Position numbers and translations under genes: made by a program. DNA of 64,000 nt from Octopus sinensis (Eukaryota), in NCBI RefSeq assembly GCF_006345805.1, contig NC_043003.1, positions 106,764,001-106,828,000 on the forward strand, written 5' to 3'. Shown piece after piece: positions 13,045-25,724 of this stretch. Numbering within the stretch: the first letter of the stretch is position 1; every line of letters begins with the position of its first letter. The notes beneath the pieces were generated by a model. The model was not told the origin of the DNA. It was given only the letters and a program-made list of their open reading frames with translations, and searched no databases.

Positions 13045-13850
13045 ATCATCATCATTGTCGTTTACCATCCACTTTCCATGCTGAAATGGGTTGGACGGTT
13101 TGACTGAGGACTGGTGAGCCAGAAGGCTTCACCAGGCTCCAGTCTTGATCTGGCAAAGTTTCTACAGCTGGATGCCCTTCTTAACGCCAACCACTCTGAG
13201 AGTGTAGTGGGTGCTTTTTACATACCACCAGCACGAGGGCCAGTCAGGCAGTTCTGGCAATGACCACGCTCATGCTCAAAAGGTGTTTTTACGTGCTACC
13301 TGCATAGGAACCAGTCTGGCGGCACTGGCAACGACCTCACTTGAATGTTGTTTTTCATGTGTTACCACCACATGTGCAGGTAAGGCAACTCTGGCAACGA
13401 TCATGCTAGAATGGTGCTTTTTATGTGCCACCTGTACGGGAGTCAATCCATGGCCCTGGTAACGATTATGCTCAGATGTACTTTTGACGTTCCACTGGCA
13501 CTCGTGCCAATCAGGTAAGGCGGCGAGCTGGCAGAATCGTTAGCACGTTAGTCGAAATGCTTAGTGGTATTTCGTTTGCCGTTACGTTATGAGTTCAAAT
13601 TCCGCCGAGGTCGACTGTGCCTTTCATCCTTTCGGGGTCGATAAATTAAGTACCAGTCACGCACTGGGCTCGATGTAATCGACTTAATACCTATGTCTGT
13701 CCTTGTTTGTCCCCTCTGTGTTTAGCCCCTTGTGGGTAATAAAGAAACAGGTACTGTCATAGGCCATGTCAGCGATTTTGATTTGATTTCACTTGCCTCA
13801 GTAGGTCTTCGTAAGCAAAATTTATTGTCCAATGAATGAGGAGTACTCTA
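13045..13850 (-). mobile_element. RTE-tail family C interrupted by SINE B
   Basis: Tail at 13045-13230 and modules to 13510; resumes at 13756-13850 with sequence similar to 11100-11180. Confidence 0.7.
13515..13752 (+). mobile_element. SINE family B, full length
   Basis: GGCGGCGAGCTGGCAGAATCGTTAGC...GAGTTCAAATTCCGCC...AATAAAGAAACAGGT. Confidence 0.9.
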
Positions 13851-14031
13851 TAATTATTGTATGGAAATTAATTAAAATATATTAACCTGAGTTTCAGATA
13901 AACTCCAGTGGAAGTTTGTCTAGAATTGGATCAAACCTATACTACACCTGAGTCTAAAATTGACAGACATATCTTAACATCTTGACCTGAGATCAGGTAC
14001 ACAACAGACACACTTGCATGCACACACGCAT

Positions 14032-14075
<44 letters not shown>

Positions 14076-14272
14076 CACACACACACACACACACCCACAC
14101 ACACTTATTATTTAATGTGCCTTTCTTTTTAAAGATAGTACATTTTAATCTGAGGAAGATTTGGCTGCAATATCTAGCAAGAGGCTGATGAAATGCTAGA
14201 CATAGCAACAAATATGCTGTTTTTACTTATATATTCACTTTGTTTTGCAGCTCTGCTTTCTTCAGTGCTTCG

Positions 14273-14319
<47 letters not shown>

Positions 14320-14341
14320 CCATCACCACCACCACCGCCAC

Positions 14342-14377
<36 letters not shown>

Positions 14378-14457
14378 TACCACCACCACCACCACCACCA
14401 CCACCATCACCACCACCACCACCACCACCATCACCATCATCATCATCATCATCATTA

Positions 14458-14712
14458 TTTATTGCCTTTGCACAGCTTATAACTCTGGAGATGTACTTCA
14501 GTGTCTACTGTTCCCTAATCGTGAACTAAGGTAACACCTCTTATTTTTCAAGCACCTTCCGGAGTATTCGAGCGGTTCCAAGCAGTGCTGTTTTCTGCAA
14601 GTGCTCCACCCTTATTGCAGCCCCTATTTGTTCCACGTACTTCTCGAGATTTTTGCTCACTGTTCCCAGGATTCCGACAATTATTGGCACTTCTACCACC
14701 TTTTTCATGGAC
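14458..14712 (-). mobile_element. R4/Dong-like RLE non-LTR retrotransposon, extreme 3' fragment
   Basis: Minus strand 14708-14541 reads MKKVVEVPIIVGILGTVSKNLEKYVEQIGAAIRVEHLQKTALLGTARILRKVLEK*, homologous to the C-termini at 46438 and 56845. The 5' junction abuts (TAA)n. Confidence 0.8.
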
Positions 14713-14728
14713 ATTATTATTATTATTA

Positions 14729-14809
<81 letters not shown>

Positions 14810-14814
14810 TTATT

Positions 14815-14865
<51 letters not shown>

Positions 14866-14878
14866 GTTGTTGTTATTA

Positions 14879-14914
<36 letters not shown>

Positions 14915-15092
14915 GTTGTTATTATTATTATTATTATATTATTATTATATTATTATTATTATTTTTATTTTTTTTTTTTTTATATTATTATTATTATTAT
15001 TATTATTATTTATTATTATTATTATATTATTATCATTTTATTATTATTATTATTATTATTATTTATTATTATTATTATTATTGTTGTTGTTG

Positions 15093-15127
<35 letters not shown>

Positions 15128-15422
15128 GTTGTTGTTATTATTATTTTAATTATTATTATTATTATTTTTATTTTTATCATTATTGTTATTATTATATTTA
15201 TTATTATTATTATCATTATTATTACTTTTATTATTACAGAATTTTTAGCACACTGGATGAAATGCTTAGCCTTTCATTCTTTTGGGGTCAATAAATTACA
15301 TACCAGTGAAACACTGGGGTTGATGTAATTGCTTAAGTCCCCTCCCCACAAAAAGTCAGGCCTTGTGCCTTCAGTAGAAAAGATTATTGTTATTATAATG
15401 ATGGTGATGAAGATGATGATGG

Positions 15423-15456
<34 letters not shown>

Positions 15457-15505
15457 CGTGATTATGGTGGTGGTGGTGGTGGTGGTGGTGATGCTGATCG
15501 TGATG

Positions 15506-15536
<31 letters not shown>

Positions 15537-15686
15537 GGATGATGATGATGATGATCGTGATTATGGTGGTGGTGGTGGTGGTGGTGGTGATGATGATCGT
15601 GATGATGATGATGATCGTAATGATGATGATGATGATCATGATCATGATGAGCATGGTCATGATGATGATGATGATGATGATGATTG

Positions 15687-15734
<48 letters not shown>

Positions 15735-15757
15735 GGATGATGATGATGATTATGGTG

Positions 15758-15789
<32 letters not shown>

Positions 15790-15900
15790 GATGATGTCGA
15801 TGATGATGATGATGATCGTGATTATGGTGGTGGTGGTGATGATCGGGATGATGATGATGATGATGATGAGGATAATTGTGATTCTGAAGAAAACGATCAT
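14713..15900. repeat. Long (TTA)n tract (to about 15235), an old SINE B copy (15240-15385), then (GAT/GGT)n
   Basis: Read directly from sequence. Confidence 0.9.
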
Positions 15901-16544
15901 GACTCCGATGAAGATGGCGATGGCGCTGAGGCCACTTAATATGGAAATTTGTTACAAGTGGTAGGTAGTTTCTGCTACCTTGGGTGTGGGACAGCAGCTA
16001 ATTAGAACTACAATTAGAACTTCTAATTAGAACTATTATAGTTGTCTTAATGATACTATGGTACAGCAATGGCAAACCATTTTTAACCTTGCATACCAAA
16101 ATTTTAATTTTTCTCTGATAAGCCTATTACTGGAGCATCACTGACACACACACACACACATAAATATATATATACACACACACACCTACTCCTCATACAC
16201 ATGTACTTTAGTTTTAAGTAATTGGTTATAGAATAAGCAACTTAACGATGATTACTAATTTCATCATCATCATCATCATCATCATCATCGTTGTTGTTTA
16301 ACATCTGCTTTCCATGCCGGCATGGAAAGTGGGCATTAAACGATGATGATGATGAATACTTTTAACCTCTATTTTTAGCTATGCAGGTACTCATGTAGTA
16401 CCCTTGTGTGTGTGTATATATATATATAAGTACATGTCTTACACTTATGTATATTTTATAAATTTGTCTGTACGGTTAGTATTCACTTGCCACTAGTTAT
16501 GGCATTTTAATAGTACTATCGCTCTCATATTTACTTCTATTACA

Positions 16545-16935
16545 TCTTTATATATAAAAGTGAGGTTGTCTGTCTCCTACGATTTAGATTCCTAACTACT
16601 CCCACATTTTGCGGTGCAGTTTAACCAAAACTGGGTATCTTATAGTCGTGATTCATATCGAGCCCTTCTGGGCATTAGCGCGCATCTACGATGAGTCTAC
16701 GATTTAAAAAAAAATTTATCATCAATTTTTCCCATTTTTAATGCAGTTTTGGCATATATAAAGGAAGTAACTCTCTAAAAATTTATTATTAAATCTCAGA
16801 ACGTAAAAAGCTACAGTAACACCCCCCCCCTTTGTAGTTAGCCATATTGAGATGGCTATTATACTTTACATCTCTAAAAATGCTTATATAGTTATTTCCC
16901 TTACAAACCCGAGCAACGCCAGGCGATATTGCCAG
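16545..16935 (+). mobile_element. Non-autonomous Helitron family E
   Basis: A|TCTTTATATATAAAAG start, 3' hairpin CCCGAGCAACGCCAGG, CCAG|T end; near-identical to 51391-51784. Confidence 0.85.
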
Positions 16936-17179
16936 TTAGCAATAAGGATTACTACGAAGTTGCATAGCATTATCTTTAGTTTTCCAATTTATATACCACC
17001 TGACATAGACCTACACGTGTTTCAACTGCCCCGATTAGTAACCAGTGCAGCAGCAACCCTGCTATCATACCGGTGCAGTTTCTTCCGGGTCTTTACTTGA
17101 TATTGTTCGATTTTCTGTTTAAAGGTTTTATTTATCTACTCTGCGTTGTATAATGTAGAGCTGTCCGTTAAGTTAGACA

Positions 17180-17640
17180 TATGTATGTATGTGCTTATGT
17201 AGGTATGCATGTACGTATGCATGTACGTATGCATGCATGCATGTAGGTATGCATGTATGTATGTATGTGTGTATGTAGGCATGCATGTATGTAGGTATGC
17301 ATGTATGTATGTATGTAGGTATGCATGTATGTATGTGTGTATGTACGTATGTATGTATGTAGGTATGCATGTATGTATGTATGTACGTACGTACGTATGT
17401 ATGTATGTATGTATGTATGTATGTATGTATGTATGTATGTACATACGTATGTATGTATGTATGTATGTATGTATGTAGGTATATATGCATGCCTGTATGT
17501 AGGTATGTATGTATGCATGTATGTAGGTTTGCATGTATGTATGTAGGTATGTATGTATGCATGCATGCATGCATGCATGTATGTATGTATGATGTATGTA
17601 TGTGTGCATATATATATGTGTGTGTGTGTGTGTGTGTATA
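17180..17640. repeat. (TGTA)n/(TGCA)n microsatellite
   Basis: Read directly from sequence. Confidence 0.95.
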
Positions 17641-17887
17641 ATAATATATTTATAAATGTGTATACCTATGCATGTCTTTGTGTAAGTGTTTGTCCTCCCA
17701 CCTCTATTTAATAACTGGTACTAGTTAGTTTGCACTCCATGACTTAGTGATTCAGCAAAATACTGACAGAATAAGGACCAGATTTAAAATAAGTACTAAG
17801 GTCGATTTGTTCAACTAAACCTGTGCCCCAGTATGGCCACAGTCCAATGTCTGAAGCAAGATTTAATGATACCTAATGATACAGCAG

Positions 17888-18062
17888 TTCATCATCATCA
17901 TCTTCGTTTAGCATCCGCTTTCCATGCTAGCATGGGTTGTACGGTTCAACTGGGGTCTGGGAAGCCAGAAGGCTGCACCAGGCCCAGTCTAATATGGCAA
18001 TGTTTCTACGGCTGGATGCCCTTCCTAACGCCAACCACTCCATGAGTGTAGTGGGTGCTTTT
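17888..18062 (-). mobile_element. RTE-tail family C, 3' fragment
   Basis: Reverse complement of the family tail. Further fragments lie at 21768-21940(+), 41760-41850(-), 44895-45085(-) and 54420-54575(-). Confidence 0.85.
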
Positions 18063-18106
18063 TAACCCATAACTAGAAGATTCCTTATCTTTTTTCCTCC
18101 ATTTAC

Positions 18107-18501
18107 TTTGCCAACACAGCATGGCAGTCCTGGTTTAGGACGAATGTTGCTGTAATTTAGCCCCAGGAGACATCGTCTCCAACTGGCTATACAGCACGAT
18201 CTGTGCCCTTATATTTTCGAACAAAGGAATCTAGCAACTCCACTCAGCTCAAAACAATATCTGTGTATCGTGATTTCCAGGTTATTTCCCTTCAACAGCA
18301 CAGAATAATTGTTTGGCTAGAGGTGGCACTGCCAAATTCCCATTCGAAATATATAGTTTACAAAGTGACTAGTCACTAATCTATAAATTAGAAAATATAA
18401 GGACAGATTGTGTCGTATAGCCAGCTGGAGATGATGTCTCCTGGGGCTAAATTCCAGCTACATTCGTCCTAAACCAGGACTTGCCATGTTATGTTGGCAA
18501 A
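18107..18501. mobile_element. MITE with long terminal inverted repeats
   Basis: Arms of about 110 bp, 18107-18218 and 18391-18501 (e.g. GCCCCAGGAGACATCGTCTCCA vs TGGAGATGATGTCTCCTGGGGC). No clear TSD. Confidence 0.75.
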
Positions 18502-18944
18502 CAATCTTTACTCCAAAGTACTGTTGTTGAATGTCGCTCGTGGGATTTAAAAATAGTAATATTCTAAATCTACTTTCTTCCCAAACCCACTGTGTTATGT
18601 TACTATTTAGAGTTTACAGTTCTACCATGATAAAACTAAGAAAGAGATAAAGTGATGTTTAGTCATATTTAATATGTTCACATGCATTTGAACATGGAAA
18701 GACAATATGCTGTGAAAGCTGTCTTGAGAGAAGACATTTTCCTTATAGACAATATGGGTGTAAGCACACCATTAGGCCATGGACAACATCACTGAATTGT
18801 AGGATTCATTTCTGCATTATTATGCTTCATCAGTTCCATATACTGAGCCATCATTCATGGCCACTAAAAACTGTACATTCTTATACTGACACTGCATGAC
18901 TTATGACATTAAATGTTCCAGTTGTTTTGATCAACAAAACAGTC

Positions 18945-19190
18945 AGCTTGTGAAATTAGTGTGCAAGTGGTTGAGCACCCCATGGACACGTATAACCTCA
19001 ATGTAGTTCTCAGGGAGATTCCGTGTGACACAGAATGCAACAAAGCTGGTCCTTTGATTTTGCCCGCTGACAGACTGGAGCAATGGGAAATGAATTGTCT
19101 GGCTCAAAGAGACAACATACTGCCTGGAATCAAACTCACAACATCACAACTGTGAGCCAAATACCTTAACCATTATGCCACCCACCTTCT
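18945..19190 (-). mobile_element. Old tRNA-derived SINE (family J-like)
   Basis: Reverse complement has TGGCATAATGGTTAAGG and GAGTTTGATTCC boxes. Related copies lie at about 38490-38650(-) and 49170-49320(+). Confidence 0.55.
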
Positions 19191-19365
19191 TAGGCCATTC
19201 TTGTATTGGAATAGCACATGGTACATTTGCTGATATTCAAAAAGTTTTAAGATTTAAACTACTGTTTTTAAACATTATCGTTTTAAATTCACGTAACAAT
19301 AATAATGAAAATAGCACTCGATAATGGTATTTCACTTATCTAAAAACTTATGATGAACAGATATA

Positions 19366-19786
19366 GGTGCAGGAGTGGCTGTGTGGTAAGTAGCTTGCTA
19401 ACAAACCACATGGTTCCGAGTTCAGTCCCACTGCGTGGCATCTTGGGCAAGTGTCTTCTGCTATAGCCCCGGGCCGACCAATGCCTTGTGAGTGGATTTG
19501 GTAGACGGAAACTGAAAAGAAGCCCGTTGTATATATGTATATATATATATATGTGTGTGTGTGTGTTTGTGTGTCTATGTTTGTACCCCTAGCATTGCTT
19601 GACAACCGATGCTGGTGTGTTTACGTCCCCGTCACTTAGCGGTTCGGCAAAAAGAGACCGATAGAATAAGTACTGGGCTTACAAAAAGAATAAGTCCCAG
19701 GGTCGAGTTGCTCGATTAAAGGCGGTGCTCCAGCATGGCTGCAGTCAAATGACTGAAACAAGTAAAAGAGTAAAAGAGTAAAAGAG
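19366..19786 (+). mobile_element. SINE family A, full length
   Basis: Near-identical to 31925-32340 and to the reverse complement of 59001-59418. Confidence 0.9.
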
Positions 19787-20074
19787 ATACCGAAAGTAAA
19801 CACGATCTTCTGAATTAGATTACTCAATTAACATGAAAGTAATTATGAGGTAATTAATATATTGTAGAATATTTAATCTGAACTGGGAATAGTAAAAAAA
19901 AGAAAAATGGTATTATTTCCACAAAACAGACCAACTTCAGATTTTATTCAGAGTTTCTAAAAAATTCTAATAGAAAAAGATTATGTTGAAAGTCCGACTC
20001 AGCAGATTGGCGAAATAAGTTTGGCTGTTTGGGGTGAATTTAATCCAGTCTGGTGACTTCTGCTGTAAATCATA

Positions 20075-20250
20075 ATATTTGCCAGCATATAAGATGCACT
20101 CTGACATAGGATGCACTCACGCATAATGTACAAATATATTTTGTGGAAAAGACAAATTTAGTATGTTTCATCATACGCTTATTGAAAGATATTTTAAAGT
20201 GGTTTTGCTGGGGGAAAATATCTGATTCTGTGCATGTAAATACACTGTTA
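20075..20250. mobile_element. Possible old pogo/Tc2-like MITE
   Basis: ATATTTGCCAGCATATAAGATGCACTCTGACATAGGATGCACTC resembles pogo-type subterminal TATAAGACGCAC repeats; the other end is poorly conserved. Confidence 0.3.
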
Positions 20251-20709
20251 TGACAGTACATTAGAACAGAGTATGAAACCATGTATTACCATATATAAAC
20301 TACGTTGTACAAGTGCCATATTTCAGCTTTATCTTTTTTCAGATCAGTACTAGAGTTATTTATATTTTGGTCGAGGGAATTGCGGTACAGCATGTAAATC
20401 CTGTATTTTTTTTATCTCTGGTGTTTTGTGTTACTATGATCAACTACCAGGATTGTGCGCTGCTGCTATGATTTTGTTGTCATCTACTTGTTGCAAAAAG
20501 CTGGCTGGGGGATAGAAACCAAACATTCCTTTCATCTTTCTGGGAAGATTTTTTTTTGTTTGGATAGTTAAAAAAGGGAACAGAGTCATTAAACAATGTA
20601 TAACATGTATCAGGTGTGGGTTGTGCCCCCCCCCCTTCTACATAACTACCAAAGTACCATCGGGAATATTTCATCAGCTTCAGTTATCAAACCGATATTT
20701 TGGGTTTCA

Positions 20710-20732
20710 TTATTATTATTATTATAATTATA

Positions 20733-20763
<31 letters not shown>

Positions 20764-20965
20764 GTAGTAGTAGTAGTAGTAGCAGCAGCAGTAACAGCAG
20801 CAGCAGCAGTAGCAGTAGCAGCAGCAGTAACAGCAGCAGCAGCAGTAGTAATAGTAGTAGTAGTAGTAGCAGTAGTAGCAGCAGCAGCAGTAACAGCAGT
20901 AGCAGCAGTAGTAGTAGTAGTAGTAGCAGCAGCAGCAGCAGTAACAGCAGCGGCGGCAGTGGTAA

Positions 20966-21021
<56 letters not shown>

Positions 21022-21143
21022 GTAGTAGTAGCAGCAGCAGTAACAGCAGCAGCAGCAGTAATAGTAGTAGTAGTAGTAGTAGTAGCAGCAGCAGTGGTAG
21101 TTGTAGTAGTAGTAGTAGTAGCAGCAGCAGTAGTAGCAGCAGT

Positions 21144-21190
<47 letters not shown>
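20710..21190. repeat. (TAT)n followed by (TAG/CAG)n with higher-order periodicity
   Basis: Read directly from sequence. Confidence 0.95.
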
Positions 21191-21192
<2 letters not shown>

Positions 21193-21410
21193 AGGTGGTG
21201 AGCTGTTTGAATCGTTCATACACTGGGCAAAATGCTTAGCAGCTTTTCATCTGACTTTGCATTCTTCCAAGTTCAAATTCTGCTAAGGTAGACTTTACCT
21301 TTTGTCCTTTCAGGGTCGATAAAATAAATACCAGTTGAATACTGGGGTCACTATAATCGACATACCCTCTCCTCCAAAACTGATGGCCTTCTGCCAAAAA
21401 TTTGAAACCA
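21190..21410 (+). mobile_element. Older SINE B subfamily
   Basis: GGTGGTGAGCTG...AAGTTCAAATTC...GGGTCGATAAAATAAATACCAG. Other copies lie at 22125-22285(-), 28440-28630(+), 57685-57830(-) and 63720-63850(-). Confidence 0.65.
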
Positions 21411-23306
21411 ATATCTTATTTTTAGTAACGTTTATTGTACCAAGAGGACCTGAGGCTCATCTAATTTAGCTAACCTCAGGTGCTCAGTTTCCCACCTGTG
21501 ATGAGGGCACAGTTCATTAGAAACTGGGTAATTTGGGGATACATTTAAAAATTGAAAAAAAACACATCTTTTAAGCCAAGAATTACAATAAGTTATTTTC
21601 AAAGTAGGACCAACCAATTGTGGTCAATGCCAGCCCCCTCTGGTCCCTGGTGGCATGATGATGGTGATGATGATGATGACGATGCTGATGATGATGGTGT
21701 TGATGATGATGGTGATGGTGGTGGTGGTGGTGGTGGTGGTGGTGGTGATCCTGATGATGATGATGAGTGGCTCCTAACGCCAACCACTCTCGGAGTGGTT
21801 AGAATTAGGAAGGGCATCCAGCTGTAGAAACACTGCCAGATCAGATTGGGGCCTGGTTCAGCCTCCTGGTTTCCCAGACCCCAGTTGAACCGTCCAACCC
21901 ATGCCAGCATGGAAAACGGATGTTAATAACAATGACGATGACAAAGTCAAACCTGTTTTAAGGAGGTGATACATATACTCACCTATTGTAGTATATTACT
22001 GGTATATATTTTATTGATTGTGCCTCAGATGGAAGGCAAAGCTAACTCCACTAAAAGCTGACCTTCCCAATACCAACAATAAACCTATTGAAACTCTTTA
22101 TAGTTTTGGCACGAAGCCAATAATTTTGAGAGGGAGTTGATTACCTTGGTTCCATTACTTGATTGGTACTTTATTTTTTCAGCCCCAGAAGGATGAAAAG
22201 CAAAGTTGACCTCAGCAGAATTTGAACTCAGAATCTAAAAAAAACCAAATGAAATACTCTAAGCATTTTGTTCACGATGCTCGGGCAAGGTCCCAGGAAA
22301 TTTTCGAAGGGAGGGCATGAGGTCAGAAGGGAAAACAGTTCCAGGAGAAAAGGGGTTAATAACATTATTTAGAAGGGCACACTTCTTTTTGGGGTGGGTG
22401 GGGGGTGGGAGCATGTACCCCCCCTCATGCTTCCTCCTTGGGTCCGCCCCTGATGCTAATGATTCTGCCAGCTCAATTCCTTTATTAATCCTACAGAAAT
22501 GATGATACAAATTATAAAACTGTATTAGGGGTTCAAAACTGAACTGTTAGGTGCCCAGTCAGACATCACAACCAAATCACCATACTTTCACATGATTGGT
22601 CAATTAAGCAGCCAATCAGTATAAAACTGTCACGTGATTCAGTTTTCTAGAATCTTCTGTATGTTCCCCATATAAAGCTGCTTTTGGTGTCGACACTTTT
22701 TGTAGAACATTGAGACTGGTTGACTCATTCACACATCTCACCTCTTGCCAGGCAAAATGTTGAGGCAGTTGTAAGATGTGTCCTTATTCTTGCCACAGCC
22801 TGACAATCCAGGAAGTCGGTTAAGACAAATGGCAGATAGATAACAGGAATCTCCGTCGCCAGGAATACAGCACAATTGTTTTTAGTTATGCTGGGCCATC
22901 CACATGTTGCCATATCATTAAGCTTGCTGTAAAGTCCAAGCAGTATGTCTACTCAGTGTGCAATTATTGCTGTTATTTATATAAGACCAACTCTGCTTGA
23001 CCCAATGTGCAATAATAAAATTTTGTGCTAAATGTCTGCAGGTGTTGTTCAATTAGTTCTTCATGCCACACATCTTTGTTCCTCAACTCAACCAGTCACC
23101 CCTCCTCATACAACCAACTAACACACACATACAACTACCTTAACCCATTCATACTGATCGTCTGTTTTAACTGACCCTTAATTTATAAGGGTATGAAACA
23201 AATACTTGATACGAATTGTGATTTGTGTATGATCTGTATCAAAGAATCAAACATGTTCTTAACACGCATGCAGTCTGTTTGAACAAACACTTGCACCTTA
23301 ACTTCT

Positions 23307-23850
23307 TATTTCTTTACTACCCACAAGGGGCCAAACACAGAGGGGACAAACAAGGACAGACAAAGGGATTAAGTCGATTATATCGACCCCAGTGCGTAAC
23401 TGGTACTTATTTTATCGAACCCGAAAGGATGAAAGGCAAAGTCGACCTCGGCGGAATTTGAACTCAGAACGTAAAGTCAGGCAAAATACCTATTTCTTTA
23501 TTACCCACAAGGGGCTAAACATAGAGGGGACAAACAAGGACAGACAAAGGGATTAAGTCGATTATATCGACCTCGGCGGAATTTGAACTCAGAATGTAAA
23601 GTCAGGCGAAATACCTATTTCTTTACTACCCACAAGGGGCTAAACATAGAAGGGACAAACAAGGACAGACAAAGGGATTAAGTCAATTATATCGACCCCA
23701 GTGCATAACTGGTACTTAATTTATCGACCCCGAAAGGATGAAAGGCAAAGTTGACCTCGGCGGAATTTGAACTCAGAACGTAAAGTCAGGCGAAATACTG
23801 CTGGGCATTTCGCCTGGCATGCCAACGTTTCCGCCAGCTCGCCGCCTTCC
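23307..23850 (-). mobile_element. Head-to-tail trimer of SINE B
   Basis: One unit with a head (about 23612-23850) plus two headless units (about 23307-23490 and 23490-23612); the middle unit is internally deleted between TCGACC repeats. Confidence 0.85.
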
Positions 23851-24608
23851 ACCTTAACTTCTAACAACCACAGTTGTGCAATATGGCGAGTACAAGCAAT
23901 TCAGGCAATTTCATTCACTAGAAAAATTTTGGTACGAATGGGTTAAAAGGCAATCAAATCATAAATCTAATCATAAAACTTCTTCCATTGAATAAAAGGC
24001 AAGATTAACCTTGCTCAGGGTTGAACTCTGTACAAAGCAAACATTGAAATATCTGGGCAACATAAATCACCAAGAACAGATATGTAATGTTTCTTAAACA
24101 TCAGTTCTATATTGAATTCAAATAAGATAATTATAGAGTTGTGAGTTGTGATCATTCAGCCGTGAAGATGTTAATTACTTAAGATTAACTAGAAATTAAC
24201 CTCCAATATCCATACATCCATAAATATTACATCTTAAATCGTTTCTATTTTCTATTGAGTCTATTATTAAACAGTCGAAGAGTAAATTTTAGCTACATTG
24301 ATCTGCCACTGTCTTAAGCGAGAATCTTGAGGAATAATCCAGCAGATTAGGAATCTTATGAATAAAATCTGGTCTGATATCAAAATCCATCAATCTAGAA
24401 AACTTTGTTGTGTTTGCTTTTTATTTTATTTTTTTATTTTTCATTTTATGATATTCTTCTAATTTCATATATTTTTCTTATGGGTGAAGCAGTGGAGTCT
24501 GTGAAGTATTGGAAACATTAGAGCATGGACTGTGCGATTAATTCCACAGCAGGAATGGCTAGGGGTCAGCAGCAACTGTAGTAGTAGTAGCAATAGTAGT
24601 AGTAGTAA

Positions 24609-24641
<33 letters not shown>

Positions 24642-24645
24642 AAGT

Positions 24646-24676
<31 letters not shown>

Positions 24677-25192
24677 TGAAGGCATGCGTTATAACAGCAC
24701 ATTGCTGCATCCACCATTTGTGATTGATTCCTCTCCCTGGCAAATGACCCCTCTCCAACCTAATGGGCCTGTTTGGATAGTCGTTACTGGTGACGATTTT
24801 TTAAGTAGTCAGAGTGCAAATTGTACCTCACCCTCTATTCGCTGCCCTTCATGAGGTGCACATGAAACGTTGGGGTCTATTCTTTGACATGCTTCCTCAC
24901 ACACAAACTGTAGAATTAGATATGAATTAAATGTTACTCTTTTACTGGTTCCACACACCTGCCAATAATCATAATTATGCACACATGTAGAATTAGGTGG
25001 CACAAACTTCTGTATATTTCATATATCAAACTTGATGATCAGGATACGATATTTTCAACAGATAATTCATTGACTGATCAAAAAGAAGCACATCTCTTGA
25101 GGTGACAGGTGGAGGCATGGTCCATCCAATGAATCAATTTGGCCCTTAGATATACATACATACATATATACATACATACATACATACATACA

Positions 25193-25220
<28 letters not shown>

Positions 25221-25224
<4 letters not shown>

Positions 25225-25520
25225 ATGGCCCAGTGGTTAGGGCAGCGGACTCGCGGTTGGAGGATCGCGGTTTTGATTCCCAGACCGGGCGTTGTGTGTG
25301 TTTATTGAGCGAAAACACTTAAAAGCTCCACGAGGCTCCGGCAGGGGGTGGTGATCCCTGCTGTACTCTTTCACCACTCTTTCTCCCACTCTTTCTTCTG
25401 TTGGCCTGCTTGCTTAGCCAGTCAGGTGGCGTCATTCGAAGGCTAAAACAATGTGAACACATTGTCACCAGCGATGTGTAGCAACATCTGATGGTCTGGT
25501 CGGTCACATGATCACGTGAT
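25221..25520 (+). mobile_element. tRNA-derived SINE family D
   Basis: TGGCCCAGTGGTTAGGGC A-box and GGTTTTGATTCCC B-box; the 3' part recurs at 38225-38337. Confidence 0.8.
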
Positions 25521-25724
25521 ATATGTATATATACACACACATATATGTATGTATATATATACACACATATATGTATGTATATATATACACACATATATGT
25601 ATGTGTATATATATACTGGAAGAAAAAGGTACTCAGAAATCTGGATGAGTTATATTTACAGATTTTTATTAATATGTCACATGTTTTTATAAATCATATA
25701 TATTTAATTTATATTATATTAAGG

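Noticed and set aside
21485-21530. CAGTTTC...TGATGAG...GAAACTG hammerhead-like arrangement
   Set aside because: The core is GTGATGA rather than CTGANGA, and stem II cannot pair.
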